The notes beneath the pieces were generated by a model, which made no database searches, had not been told where the DNA came from, and saw nothing but the letters and a program-made list of their open reading frames with translations. Of a stretch of DNA of 64,000 nt, positions 39,159 through 51,915 are shown piece after piece. The translations under genes were made by a program, and so were the position numbers. Position 1 is the first letter of the stretch, and every line of letters begins with the position of its first letter. Source of the stretch: Camelus ferus (lineage: Eukaryota); contig NC_045696.1 in NCBI RefSeq assembly GCF_009834535.1, positions 109,308,001-109,372,000 on the forward strand, written 5' to 3'.

Positions 39159-41767
39159 AAGATAGTTTTGATAATAGTATCTTAAAAGGTCACTTGATTC
39201 TCATTGTGGAAATAAACTAAAAAAAAAAAAAAAATGGGAGTGGTTCAGGTACGCAGAAGTCAAGAGAATGCCCTGATGAACTCCCACATGGCCATCACCC
39301 TGCTTCAGTAATGGTCACCATCAGCCAATCCTGTACCATTATTTCCCTCGTCCTTTTTCAGATGGATGGGTGGGTGTGGAGAAATAGAGTATTTTAAAGC
39401 GCACCATAGGCATCACATCATTTCACCATTAAATATGTCAATGTGAACCTATTTTTAAAAGGCCATTAAAAAAAATTCACAGTCACCTAACATCTATTCA
39501 CTTGGATTTGATTTATCACATGTAACAGAATGAACAATGAACAGTAACTCCGTGACCTCTTCTGATAGCTAGTCCCTGTTCAAATGAACCTTACAGTCTC
39601 AAAACTTAGTATAGTTTCTTCTCTAAATCAGGATCCAGATGAAGCCTACACAAGCTGTGTTTATTTGGCTGACATATATTTTAATCAGAAACCACTTCCT
39701 TCCTTTTAATATCACTTATTTGTTGAAGAAATTCATTTATGTCATAGAATTTCCCACATCTGCATCCTGTGGTGTCATTTAACATGTTTTTCTCTCTCCT
39801 AAACTGGTGGGTAGATTTCAAACTTGATTAGATTTAAGACCAACTCTTTTGGCAAGAATACTTCATAGATGGTAGTATGTGCTTTCTATTTTATTTCACC
39901 TCAGGAGGCACAAAACATCTGGATATCTCAAAGTAGACCACTTTTTAAGATAAAATAATGTGAGATTTATCTGCTTTTTGGGAGTATTTCATTTGGATTT
40001 ATCTTTGAGAAGAAAATAAATATTACTGCTCCCCAGTTTACTTTTAAAACTGGTGATTTTACTCATTTTTTTAAATGCTAGTAGGATATTATTCCTCACC
40101 AGGAGAACAGAGTGTTGCATATCTTTGATCTCTGTCTCTTCCTTGCTCCCTCTCTCCTCCCCTCCGTTTCTGTGTATCTATCCATTCAACTTTTACTGAG
40201 AGGCTGTGATGTGCCAGGTGGTGTGACTAAGGCAGAGGATGAAACTGTGAACAAAGCAGACTCTGTAAGGCCCCAGGAGCTTCTACTGTAGCAGGGGAGA
40301 TGGACAAGGCAGGAGGCAGTGCTAACAGCACTGAGTGGCAGGCCGTGATAAGGCAGGCACAAGGTACCTTGGGAACCCTGAGGTGTGGGGCATGTATCTC
40401 CCTCTGAGGGAGTGAGGGACAGCGCCCTGAAGAAAGCGGCATCTCACCTGAGACCTGAAGGGTGAAATGTCAAAGTGAGGATTGGGAACAGTGCATCCAC
40501 TAGCCTGGAATTTGGTGGTAATCAGGCAGGGTGCATTTGAGGGATCTGTCTGGCAGAGCACTGTCCTGTCCGCTGGCCTGCAGTGTGCTTAGATAGGTGC
40601 TGCCCACACCGGCCTTGGGGACCTTCCCTCCAGGATGGAACAGCCCATGGCATTCTTAGGAAGGTCATGCCTTCATTCAGTCTGCAGTAAGTCCGGCTGC
40701 CCTAGAAGCCATTTGGTCTCTCTGCATCGATCTGTTCTGATTTATTATTGATGCAAAGTTTAAATTTTAGAAAGCAGTCTTATTTCTAAGTTCTTGAAAG
40801 CTTTAACTTTGATCTTTTTTCCTGTCCTATCCCCAGAACTCCAAACTTGTGTTTCTGTCAACTTGACAACTCCATTTAGAGGTGTACTGGGGACTCCTGG
40901 ACAAAACAGAACTCTTGATTCTCTCTTTCCCCAGCCTGCCTATTTTTTTTTTTTTTTGTAAATGTACATTATCCACTTAATTCTTTAAGCCAAAGCTTTG
41001 ATTCCTCTTTTTCTTTCTACTCCGAGGGTAATCCATTAGCAGACTGTTGACTCTGCTTCCCGATCCATGAACTTCTCACCTTCACCAAAACACTTTTGTC
41101 CAAGCCACTGCTGTCTTTCTCGGACGCTGTAGTAGCGCAGTTTGTTCCTTGCTTCTGCTCTTGCTCCTCCCCAGTGTCCTTCACACAACTTGCAGAGTCA
41201 TCTTTGTTTTTCTTTTTTTAAGAATGACAGTGTGTGTCATTCCTTTGTTTGAAACCTTGCAATGACTTCCTGTCTCATTTAGGATGAAATCCAAATTCCT
41301 CAGTAGGATTGTGATGTGAGTGCGCATCAAAACTTACTTGAACCTCCAGTTACGCCACTTCTGTTTGTTTCTCTGTCTTCCACTTTGCCTGCTCATTTCA
41401 TATGGATCTTTGTCTCTGTGTCTCTTTCTCAGTTGCCCCATGTGTATGTACACGTGTCTCTGAATTATTTTCACTATTTCTGAGGCTTTCTTTCTGTTTG
41501 GCTCTCTTTTTTGAAAAATATAAAGCTGAATATTATTCTGCTTCATGAATCTTATTTTTCTGCTTTTATCTTTAAAAACAGATACGCAAAATAATTTCTG
41601 TTACTCTCAAAAGAGAAAAAGATGAAAACTGTGTTTGTTGTAACTTGTGGGTCACTCTGTTGCACGTTCCTTCCCCTGTGAGTCAGGGGTCATTGGCAAC
41701 AAAGCTGTCTAATCCCTCCACCCCAGGCGTCAATGCTGAGGAAATATAAAGGGTCTGATCTGTAGAT

Positions 41768-41953
41768 CTCGCTGTCCAGCATGGTAACTGCTAGCCATGT
41801 GTGGCTGTTTAAATTAATTACAATGACATAAAATTAAAACTTGGGTTTCTCAGTTGTACCAGCTACTTTCAAGTGCTTAAGAGGCACAGCCGGCCAGTGG
41901 CTACTGTGTTGGACGGCACACCGTAGAACGTTTCCCTAAGCTGGACGGCACTG
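41768..41953 (-). mobile_element. MER3-like hAT-Charlie MITE
   Basis: gctgtcca...tggacggcac termini, palindromic tagccatgtgtggct, 8-bp TSD ctgtagat (41760-41767) and ctgtacat (41954-41961). Confidence 0.8.
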
Positions 41954-42219
41954 CTGTACATGGTTTATTATACACATACCACTTGTGGATTTTACTTGTT
42001 AATCAATAGTTCTATTTAAAACTTACCTTTTTTTAAACTACAACAAAAACATTTTTAAAATTGTGTGAATTTACTACTGGTAACTGATCTTATCAAAGAA
42101 TGGACATGAAATGAATACCTTATTTACAAAGAACAGAATTCTCATTGTGTATATTGGATCACAAAGCAATTGGTGATATTCGTTTAAAAAGCTTACTGTG
42201 CTGTTCATTTTTATTTCAG

Positions 42220-42364
42220 ATGATCCTGTACATGCAGCTCCAACCACTTCTACACGTGTGTTTTATATCAGCGTAGGGGTGTGCTGTGCAGTAATATTTC
42301 TTGTAGCAATAATATTAGCTGTTTTGCACCTTCATAGTATGAAAAGGATTGAACTGGATGACAG
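42220..42364 (+). CDS. RYK: RYK exon 6 (145 nt), transmembrane helix: (Y)DPVHAAPTTSTRVFYISVGVCCAVIFLVAIILAVLHLHSMKRIELDD
   Basis: ttatttcag acceptor, CAG|gtatcg donor; overlaps ORF 42198..42398; hydrophobic TM segment with CC. Confidence 0.97.
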
Positions 42365-42752
42365 GTATCGTACATATTTTGGGGAAGGAAAAAAATAAAA
42401 GTAGTTATTTGCATTTACATGGGAGCCCACACACATCCATGCACACTGGTGCACCGTGGTGCAGGGGGAGAGGGAGGATGGTTAAACCCTAGCCAAAGGA
42501 AGAATTACTGTCTTTGTGTTTCTCTCATTTTATTTTTTTAAATTTGTGAAGTCAGAAATTATAGTATATTAGTTAGCGGGGAGGAAGTAGAGATCAGTTT
42601 TTTCCATCCCCTTTGATATCACTCTGTTCTAGACTCTTAGTATCTTTTTAAAATAGCCTTGTTTCTTCCTCCTGGTTTGTCCCTCCATCATTATGCATGC
42701 ATGCATCCATCCAGTTGATTAAAATTTATTGAGAAAGTGCTATGATTTAAAC

Positions 42753-42928
42753 CATTGGTTCTTAATCAGGTTGCACATTAGAGTCTTGGGTAAGCTTTTA
42801 AAATATATCAGTGTTTGGGTTCCATCTTCCAGAGGTTCTGAGTAATTGGTCTTGGGTGGCATTTGGATATCAGTATTGTTCTTAAAGCTTCCTGGATGAT
42901 TCTAACGTGTAGCCTTCGAGATATACTG
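42753..42928. mobile_element. MER5-family hAT-Charlie MITE
   Basis: cattggttctt...gcacattaga...ggatgattctaacgtgtagcc...actg resembles recalled MER5. Confidence 0.7.
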
Positions 42929-44264
42929 GGTTAGATATTATGCTAAGTGCTGGGAATAAAAAAAAATGATATACTTCATGACTTCAAGTGTTTACTCTTT
43001 GGCATTAACCCATAATTATGAAAGTTTGTAAATTTGATGATTGTGACATGTGCATTGTAGTGAGGGAATAGAAAACGTGCTTGTCCCAGCCTGGGTGAGT
43101 CTCAGTGACACAGAGGACATTATAGCCAGGATAGTGTGAGAGGTAAACATGGAGTGATAAGACAGGTTCATTTTCCCAGTACGTGATTCTCATTTCCCTC
43201 CTCAGTGATTCCCAGTTGCTGACGAGAGGACATTTCCAGCTTCACAACTTGACTTTCAAAGCTCCCTCCTTTGTGAAGAGATGGGCCTTCTGTGCTCTTT
43301 GAACTTGCCTCTTTTTCTTACCGTATCCCTACTTCATGCTACAGTCAAGTGATTACTTGTTCCTAACTTTTGCCGTACGCTTTGCCTTCTAGGACTTTTA
43401 TTCATGCTCTCCTTTGCCCACAGGGCTCCCTGCATTTCCACTAGTCCAAACCCTGTTCATTCTTCAAATTTCCACTTCTTGCCATCTCTTTCATGAAATC
43501 TTTGCTAAGTCTCCCAACCATCAATTTCTCCCTCCTGTCTTTGTCTCTCTCTCCCGCCCTCTCTGTTTCTCTGTCTCTCTTTTTGGTAGTAGTTATTGTA
43601 CTTTTCCCTTCTAAAATCATTTTTTTGTGTGTGTGTACTTATCTCTCCTGCTCGAATGTAAGCTTTTTCCGGTTAGGGAGCATATGTCTTCCTGCAGACT
43701 CCCCAGTCCTACATGTGTCAGACATGCAGTGGGTAAGCAGACGCTTGACATAAACAAAAACACAAGGGGACAGGGCACCCCTAAATGCTATCTGTCCCCA
43801 CTGTTACACTTTCTTTATCTGAGTGGGGAAAGAGGAGAAGGGAGGTCAGAGCAAGAAGAGAAATACACAGGTGGCATGTTTCCGAGTATGTTTTGTATAT
43901 ATGGTGGTGTTGAAGTTAGATCCAGGTTTGATAGAGAAAGAGCTGAAGGGGAAGTGAGGTAACAGGAACATTTTGATGGGACTCAGAGGGAGGATACAGC
44001 AGAGTTAGAGGTCACTGAAATAGGCATTTAGGAGTCAGTCTAGATAACTGTGTTCTCCTCAAATGCCTGCGTATGTGCAGGGGGAGGGACTGTGAACCCA
44101 CAGAGGCCAGAGCTGTACAAGAAGTTCAGACTCCCTGGGGCATATACTTCGCTGCTGAAATAATCCGTTACCACCCATGAATTGATGTTCCCGTTCTCTC
44201 TAGTTTTCAGGCAAAGGTCTCCAGACATTGCCTGAATAAAAGCTTTCAGCATCACTTGTTTTCA

Positions 44265-44510
44265 GAGTACAGCCTAGTGGTTATGAGCATGGACTTGAAC
44301 CAGAGCATCTCTGAATTCTGGCTGTGCTACTTAACTAGTTTTGTGGCCCCAATGGAGTAAGTTTTGTGGCCTCTTAATGTCTCAGTTTTCCTCATCTCTA
44401 GAAAAGAGATGACCATGGCACATACTTGGTAGGCATGTTGTGAAGTTTTAGTGAAATAATACTGTGAGCTTTTAGAACAAGCTGTAGCATATAGTAAGTG
44501 CCATTGTTAT
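44265..44510 (+). mobile_element. MIR SINE, near full length
   Basis: gcctagtggttatgagcatggact...ctcagttttcctcatct...gcatatagtaagtgc. Confidence 0.75.
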
Positions 44511-46759
44511 GATTTCAGAGAGGTGCAGTGATGGACCAGGTTCTTCTTCAGCTCTTTCCTCTTTTACTAGCTGTTATTTATTACATGCCAGGCAAGCCAA
44601 CAGTGGTGACTAGAAAGTTCCCATCCAGTAATCTAGTGGCATTTAACAGACACTTGCGTCTTCTCTCTGCATTGGGGCCACGGAGATAACAAGGGCTGCC
44701 ATTTTATTGCACGCTGTTTACCAGTACTGTACCAAGCACTTTAAGTGTACTGTCTTATTTGACACTCACAGCCCCCCATGGGTAAGGTACTGTCTTTGTT
44801 TTAAAGGTGAAGAAACAGGCTTAAAGAGGTTAAATAACTTTTTCAGGGTTGCGTTGCTAGGACCAGGGCAGAGTGACAGGAGGGACTCATTACTGTAATA
44901 ACAGTATTATAATAACTCAGAATTGCCATTGTATAAAGCACTTGCTGTATGCCCGATGCTTTACATCCATTAAGTCCCTTAATCCTCACAACAGCCCTGT
45001 GAGGCTTAATGGAACCCATGGCTCTGTGGAGTTCCTTGCACGGGGGTGATGGAGAGTTCTTCCGTTCCCGACACTCAGGGGCCTGTTACACACAGAGCTT
45101 AGTCAGAGGCAGACAGTGAAACTGCCTGCCCATGTGTGTGGCTTTCCCTCCTGACGCTATAGGAGCTGATCTTCCTGGTCTCTGTGTTGTGCCAGGTGGG
45201 TCTGTTCTGGAGATGCGGAGCTTCTCTCCATGTCCAAGTCCTTCCACAGAGGGCTGGTCTGCACCCTGTCTGCTCTGTAGTCTTTCCCATTAGCTCTTGG
45301 CTGTAGGAGAGTTCAGCTCTTTTTTGTGAGATACTTGAACTTGTTCTTTGGCAGTATCTTCATTTTCCACTATCTCCTTTACCCCATCACCCTTGCCATT
45401 ACTGGTGACAGGGTCCCCTTTGCTTCTCTTTATTGGTTTCTGTATCCAGTGTCTTAACAGGTATCGGTTGAATGAATGCTGCACGAAGAATTCGTTGAAT
45501 GAAGAATGAGTAGAGAGGCAGGAGACCATTTTATTACAGCAATAATTCTTTGCCTCTTTCAATAGATATCAGTAGTTCATGTCAGAAGCAACCATTCTGT
45601 CTGGTTTATAGCTTTTTATTCCAAGGAAGTGTTTTTTTGTTTGTTGATTGATTGATTCACTAAGTTAATTGCATTCTCACTAAGGCTCAGTTGGGTCCAC
45701 TTGAGGCCTCCTGTGGCAGGCACTGGCTTAAGTGCTGGGAAGGGAGGAGTGAGCAAACAGGTACTTTTCCTGCCCTCGTGCCGTTTATAGTATGCTTGGG
45801 CAAGACAGACATTAAATTAACTAAGATATCCCTGGTAGGAATAGGCTGCATGAGGGAAGTGATCTTTGTTATGTTCACTGCTGTGTCCCCAGCACCCAGT
45901 GCAGTATCTGGAATGTAGTAGACAGTAAATATTTGTTGAATGAATAAATAAATAAATGAATTACATAGAAAAATACAAATTATAATAAGTGCCCTTAAGG
46001 AAAATGATGACCTTTGCCCTAGGTTAATATCTTCATAACTAATCTTACTTGCTTATGAAAGCCAAATGAGATGATTTATCTATACTAGTTTTAAACTCTT
46101 AAGTGCTAGCAAATGTACATTTTTGTCTCACCTTTTACCTCATGTGACGTAGCCATGTAGATACGGACTTTAATAGATATCAGAGTGGATCCCCAACTGC
46201 TTGCTCCCTGCTTTTCTCATAACAGTAAGCCTGGGGTTTCAAAGGACCTTTGTTCTGACCATTTAACAATGCTGTGCTAGGTGTAGGGACCACTGAGTAC
46301 GGACGAGCTCGTAACATCTTTGTGTGCCCAGGCTTTTCAGGAATTCTGAGGTGGTACAAGAGTGCCACCTGCTGTTGAGTTACTGGAGAGAGACACAATA
46401 ACTAGTAAATAATCTGGAGTCTGTGCGTATTTATTCAACCATCAGTGTATGTTGGTTGTAGGTAATATTTAAGTAGTACATTCATGTATATTATACAACT
46501 TGAGGCTCACAAAGATCCTGGGAGGTAGGTTTTCTTAATCCCATTTTACGGGTAAGTAAATTGCGTTCCATTGTTTCCCCCCTCTTTGGGGATGGTAGTG
46601 CTTCTGTTCCCTCATTATTGAGTCAGGGACTTTTAACAACGTTGATTCCCAGCGTAATCTTTGAGTAGTACTCAGAACTTCGAAAACAGGTGCCCCATGG
46701 TTCTAAGGATTGGGGGTGCATAGTATTGGTGGTAATAAAAATAATTACTACTAATAATA

Positions 46760-46960
46760 TGTAAATATATGTTTGAGGGCAAGACACTGCCCTTCAATGC
46801 TTTACTTTTGTATTTTTTATGTAATTCTTTTAGCAACCTTGTCGGGAGGGAGTATTATGCTCATTCTATCCACAAGGAATTTGAGGCTCCAGAAGCATTA
46901 GTTTGCCCAAGGTCATACAGCTGGCAAATAAATTTTGGTCCTGGCAGTTTTGATTTCAAG
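46760..46960 (-). mobile_element. MIR SINE
   Basis: tgaggctccagaag...ttgcccaaggtcatacagctgg. Confidence 0.65.
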
Positions 46961-48055
46961 ATTATGCTTTCTGTCTCTTCACTGTACTGTCCCACATCCA
47001 CTGCATGGGCTGACTTACATAGATCAATTCTTGGATAGCAGCTTTTTGTCACTATGTATTTTTTTCAATCTTCAGGTTTTGAAAATACAGAACTATTGTG
47101 TGGGGTATGGTCAGTTAAAAGATTTTATGTATTTAGGAAAGTTGGGATCCTCTGCTGATCCTGTAGCTAAGGGAGCATGGAAGGTCTATCCTGGCAGGGA
47201 TGATTTTACTCTTTGATTTCACTCTTCCTGCTGAATTTCTGCGTTTCTCTCTCCACTTCTGCAGAATTATAAGGGCTGAAGCAGTGAAATTGGGATGTGC
47301 CCAAGGGTGATCTGGGATAAGGTTGCTGTCCACTAACAAAATAAAAGGACATTAATTTGTAGTAATCTTGAGTATAGGGTTTGCAGTCATTTGAGCCTGC
47401 CGCGTTCTGGGTCTCCTGATTATTTAAAGAATATGGTATAATGGAATGCTTCAAGTGCTAGAGATTTCTAATAAGTTCCATAAATTCTAGAAAGGTGGGA
47501 TTGGGGAGTAGAAGAAGCAAAATTTATGTGATTAAACAGACTTGAACCAGATAGGAAACCCCTTCCCAAGCTTTGAGCCTGTTGGCACATTTGATTTGCT
47601 TTGATACCCCCTCATCTGAAGGCCATTTGATTTTGGACTATCATTAAGAGAGGCCTATCTTTCTACTTTTTTTTTTTTTAAAGAGCAATCTAATTGAATG
47701 GCTTGGGCTCTTTTCCTGAGAGGTGACCCTTAGTTCCCTAACACATCATTGTGTAAGGCAGAACTGCTGTCTGTGGTGTCTGAGGACTAATACCACATTT
47801 GTGAGTGACTTTGATATGAAAAACTGGCCTGATGATTATAGAACTAAAAAGGAAAGAAAAAATAGAGCTCTACATTATGAGGTAGATTAAAATTTCAATA
47901 TGGAACTTTTGTGATGGAGATCCGTGCATTATTGTGATCTCCATTAGGATTTTAAGCTGGTTAAAATGGCTCCATGCATTTTGTATATATGGAAAGAGGA
48001 AATTTCTCATTGACGCTAACTCACCATGTATTTCTCTGTTAAAACTTGTTTGCAG

Positions 48056-48156
48056 CATCAGTGCCAGCAGTAGTTCCCAAGGGCTGTCTCAGCCATCTAC
48101 CCAGACGACTCAGTATCTGAGAGCCGACACACCCAACAATGCCACTCCTATCACCA
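48056..48156 (+). CDS. RYK: RYK exon 7 (101 nt), Ser/Thr-rich juxtamembrane: (S)ISASSSSQGLSQPSTQTTQYLRADTPNNATPIT
   Basis: gtttgcag acceptor, CCA|gtaaga donor; overlaps ORF 47934..48167. Confidence 0.97.
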
Positions 48157-48839
48157 GTAAGAGTTAATTTAATTCTAAAGATAATTTACTAAACTTGTCG
48201 ATGGTCTCTCTGTCCGTGGTCCTGTGTGGTTAGTTACTTGTGGGACGCGCACCATGCTATGTACGTAGTATCCAACAGGTGCAGCACTAGCCTTTCTAGG
48301 GCATTGAATAAAACATTCTAAAAAATTGGAGTGTTAAAATTTTAAGTTTAATTGCTAGCATTAGTTTTGGGGAGAATTCTATAGATTATATTTAAAAACC
48401 TACTGAATCACTTCTATACAGATTTAGAAGGAAGACTTTCAGTTAGTGAGAGTAAACCACTGAGCTGCATGAAGCCAGAGACTTGGGTGTTAATGCATCG
48501 TTTAATGATCTCATGGGCTTTGGTGTGGACTTTACATTGTCTTCTGATCATGACAGGAATTAGCAGCCATTAGAGTTGAGAGCATGGGAGCTGATTTCCC
48601 CCTTTTTTTGAATAGGATTTTGATGAAAGTTTTTATACTGTAACATGTAGATTTGGGGGAAAAATAATCATTCATAGAGTATAATTTGGACATAATGAAG
48701 ACTTAGTCACTTACAAATAAGAAATACAGTTGTCAGGATAGACAGTGGGCTGCAAGTCAGGGCTCCACCCAGTGGTGCCATTGATTAGTTAGGTTCTTGT
48801 AGGCAGTTAACTGTTACCTTCTTTGGGCTGGCATTTACT

Positions 48840-48991
48840 TTTTTTTTTTTTTAAGATTTTTTTTTTTTTTTTTTGCAGGGGGAAGGTAATTAGTTTTATT
48901 TATTTAGTTTTTCGATGGAGGTACTGGGATTGAACCCAGGACCTCGTGCATGCTAAGCATGCGCTCTACCACTTTAGCTATACCCTCCCCC
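48840..48991 (-). mobile_element. Vic-1-like SINE, young, with bipartite A tail
   Basis: Reverse complement GGGGGAGGGTATAGCTAAAGTGGTAGAGCGCATGCTTAGCATGCACGAGGTCCTGGGTTCAATCCCAGTACCTCC; perfect 12-bp TSD ctggcatttact at 48828-48839 and 48993-49004. Confidence 0.92.
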
Positions 48992-51227
48992 ACTGGCATT
49001 TACTCTTTAGTAAACTAAAAATTATCTCTTCTTCACTCAGTGCCCTCTTGTGGCCTTTCAAAACTGTTTCCCATTAAAAATAGGATTCTTTGGAGAAACA
49101 GATGCTTCCAGGACTGGGTCAGGAATGTGTAAGATAAACCTGGGACATTTGCTGAGTCAAACATTAAGGAAGCTGCTAAAGACAGGAACTCCCCAAAATG
49201 GCACCACTGAGCAGCAAAAAGAATAATGACTACAGTGGATTGGAAGTGTATAAATGTGAAATGTAAAAATGTGTAAAAATCTACAACTTTGTAATGATAC
49301 TTTTTTTAAAAAGAATTGATCATTGTGTGAGTTAACTAAGGCACCAGTAATCTTTACTCTGACAACTGGCTACGTGAACTGTATTTTGCAGTAACCAGTA
49401 GTGCTGGTTGATGATGGAAATGTTTCTTTACAGAAGAATCTCAGCTAATAAATGTGGAAGGAATGATGGAATTAGAAAATCATATTTGTATCCCCTAATA
49501 GATTCATGAAAAGATCATCACTGTTTTAAACCCTATGAACAAAGGGAAGTTGGGAACTTTACCTTTTTGGGGATCAGATTGTCACCTCCTGAACCCATTA
49601 CTGAAACTTAGCATCATTAAGAATAGATATTTTGTACTCCCAGATGGATTATTCTTGTCTCTCCTCTCTCCTCCAAGAGTTAACCTGCATGTAATTAAGG
49701 CTGTAAAACTGACTTACAGTTTGTAAGAAATACAGAGATAGGAATACAAGTTAGATGGCACTAGAAGGGGCAGCTGCTGGACATTCTCCAGGGTGATTGA
49801 CCCAAATTCTTTAATAAGACAGTGGCAAGAAAAAGGAAAGACGAGGAGGGGACACTAGCTTAAAAGAAACCTAGGAAAAATCATAATAGTAGTTAACATC
49901 TCCACCAAGGAAAGAAAGACAGATGCTCTTCAGGAAATATGGTGATAGATGTGAGTAGTTCAAACTACTCACAGGAAACACATTGTTGTTTTTAAGAGCA
50001 AAGCTTTTTAGAGTCAGTTCTTGACTGTGGATATAACCTTAAAGAGATAGATAATTAAATTATTATATATGCTAAAAGTAAAATACTTTTTTTTTAAACC
50101 AGTGAAATACATTTTTTGTCAAAAAATTTTCTGAGTTACCACCAATAAGAAATTTACTTGTTTTTATATACATTACCTTAAGGAGATAGATAATTCACTT
50201 CTTATATGTGATAAAAACAGTGCTTAAAAAAAAAAAAACCAGTGGAAATACATTTCTTTATAAAGAAAAAAAAGAAAAAGAAGCAGAAAAAGTATTTGAA
50301 GACAAAATGGCCAAGAATTTTCCAAAATAACCAAATACAACAGACCACAGATGCAAGAAACTCAGAGAACTCCAGGCAGGATTAAACATACATAAATACT
50401 CACGTATGCACACACACCTAGACATATCGTGGTCAAACTGCTGATCAGTAGAGTCAGATTTTGTCAGGCTAATCCGTCCATCGTAAAGTTTTCCAAAGCC
50501 TTTCCTGTAATTCTTCTAGCAGCCATTGATGATCATTGTCTAAGCCCACTCATTTTTTAGGGATTTTTCTTCCCCCAGATAACATTCCAATGGAGATACC
50601 ATTCCAATTTCTACTTGGTAACACTGGGTCTTCCTTTTATTCTAACCTCCTTTCTTATAATGAAAATTTTAATTTATGGCCAGAAATTTTGGTATCATCA
50701 TATTGAGTGGGGAATTAAGGGAACTGAAAGACAAACATGAATCTCACAGTGGTATGACTGGGCTGTATGGATGCCAGAATGATTAAACTAATTATACATT
50801 TTGTTAGAAAAGATATTTTTACAAGCACCTCTTTATTTGAAAAATTCTTTTGTTAGAAGACTGTATTAGAAAATCGTTGGGGAGGAAAACAGTCCATACG
50901 AGGGATTAAATTAAATTGCCTGAGTCAAACTTGTTTCATTTGGCTGAAAGGCAATTGAAGTGGTAGTAATGTAATATTACTTATAGTGTTTCTTATTTTA
51001 ATTCTGCATTTTAAGATTTTGGGGTAGGTGGAAAAGTGTTTCTTTAAAATTTAGTATGGCCTTCATGAGTAATTCTACCTGTTCGTGTGTGTGCCTTGTT
51101 CCTCTTATGATCAGTAACATTCATCCATTCCTGTGGCTTGAGTCCTGAGGTTCTAACTGAGCTACTTAACCCTGGTGCCATAATAAGGGTATTTATATTT
51201 CTTGGTTTGGCCTTGTTGGCTCCTCAG

Positions 51228-51353
51228 GTTACCCTACCTTGCGAATAGAGAAGAACGACCTGAGAAGCGTCACTCTTTCGGAGGCCAAAGCTAAGGTGAA
51301 GGACATAGCCATATCCAGGGAGAGGATAACTCTAAAAGATGTACTCCAAGAAG
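51228..51353 (+). CDS. RYK: RYK exon 8 (126 nt from AG acceptor; 135 nt from 51219 with the TG acceptor): (S)YPTLRIEKNDLRSVTLSEAKAKVKDIAISRERITLKDVLQE
   Basis: ctcag acceptor at 51226-27, GAAG|gtattt donor, phase 1 to 1. Confidence 0.96.
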
Positions 51354-51679
51354 GTATTTATTATCTCAAAATCAGGTTTTCAAGAAAGATTTAATATTAG
51401 TACTCTAAAATTTTTTGTCAAATTTTAGGAATTTCATCTCATTTTGTGTCTAAGGATAAGAAGCAGTGCACAATTTATTCCCTCTATAAAACTGATTTTT
51501 ATTTCCCCTTTCTTTAGGTCTTTAATTTGCCTTAATACAGCTTTTGTGCAGTTCTTGATGTACTAGTGTTTGTCATCTTTAAAGTATATTTTCTGTTTAG
51601 TTCTTGTCTAAAGATGTTTACCTCCTAGCAGGCCTCTTGGAAATATTCGAGGTAATTATCTCTGTGATGGAAAGTGGGG

Positions 51680-51915
51680 AGGGTTCTAGCAGAAGAAACG
51701 TGCATGGGTTTTGGAGTTATGCCCAAGTTCCAACTCTGGTCCCATAATGTATTACTTGTGTGACTTTGGAGAGATCACTTAACTGTCTTCCATGTCCAGT
51801 GTCCTCTTCTGTAAATTAGGACTGTGTTTTCTACTCTTAGGCTGGTTGTGAAGATTAGATGAAATGATGCACCTTAAATGAGCTAACACGTGATAGGTGT
51901 TTGGTAGATATTAGT
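51680..51915 (+). mobile_element. MIR SINE
   Basis: tgtgtgactttggagagatcacttaac...ctgtaaa...gttgtgaagattagatgaaat. Confidence 0.65.
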
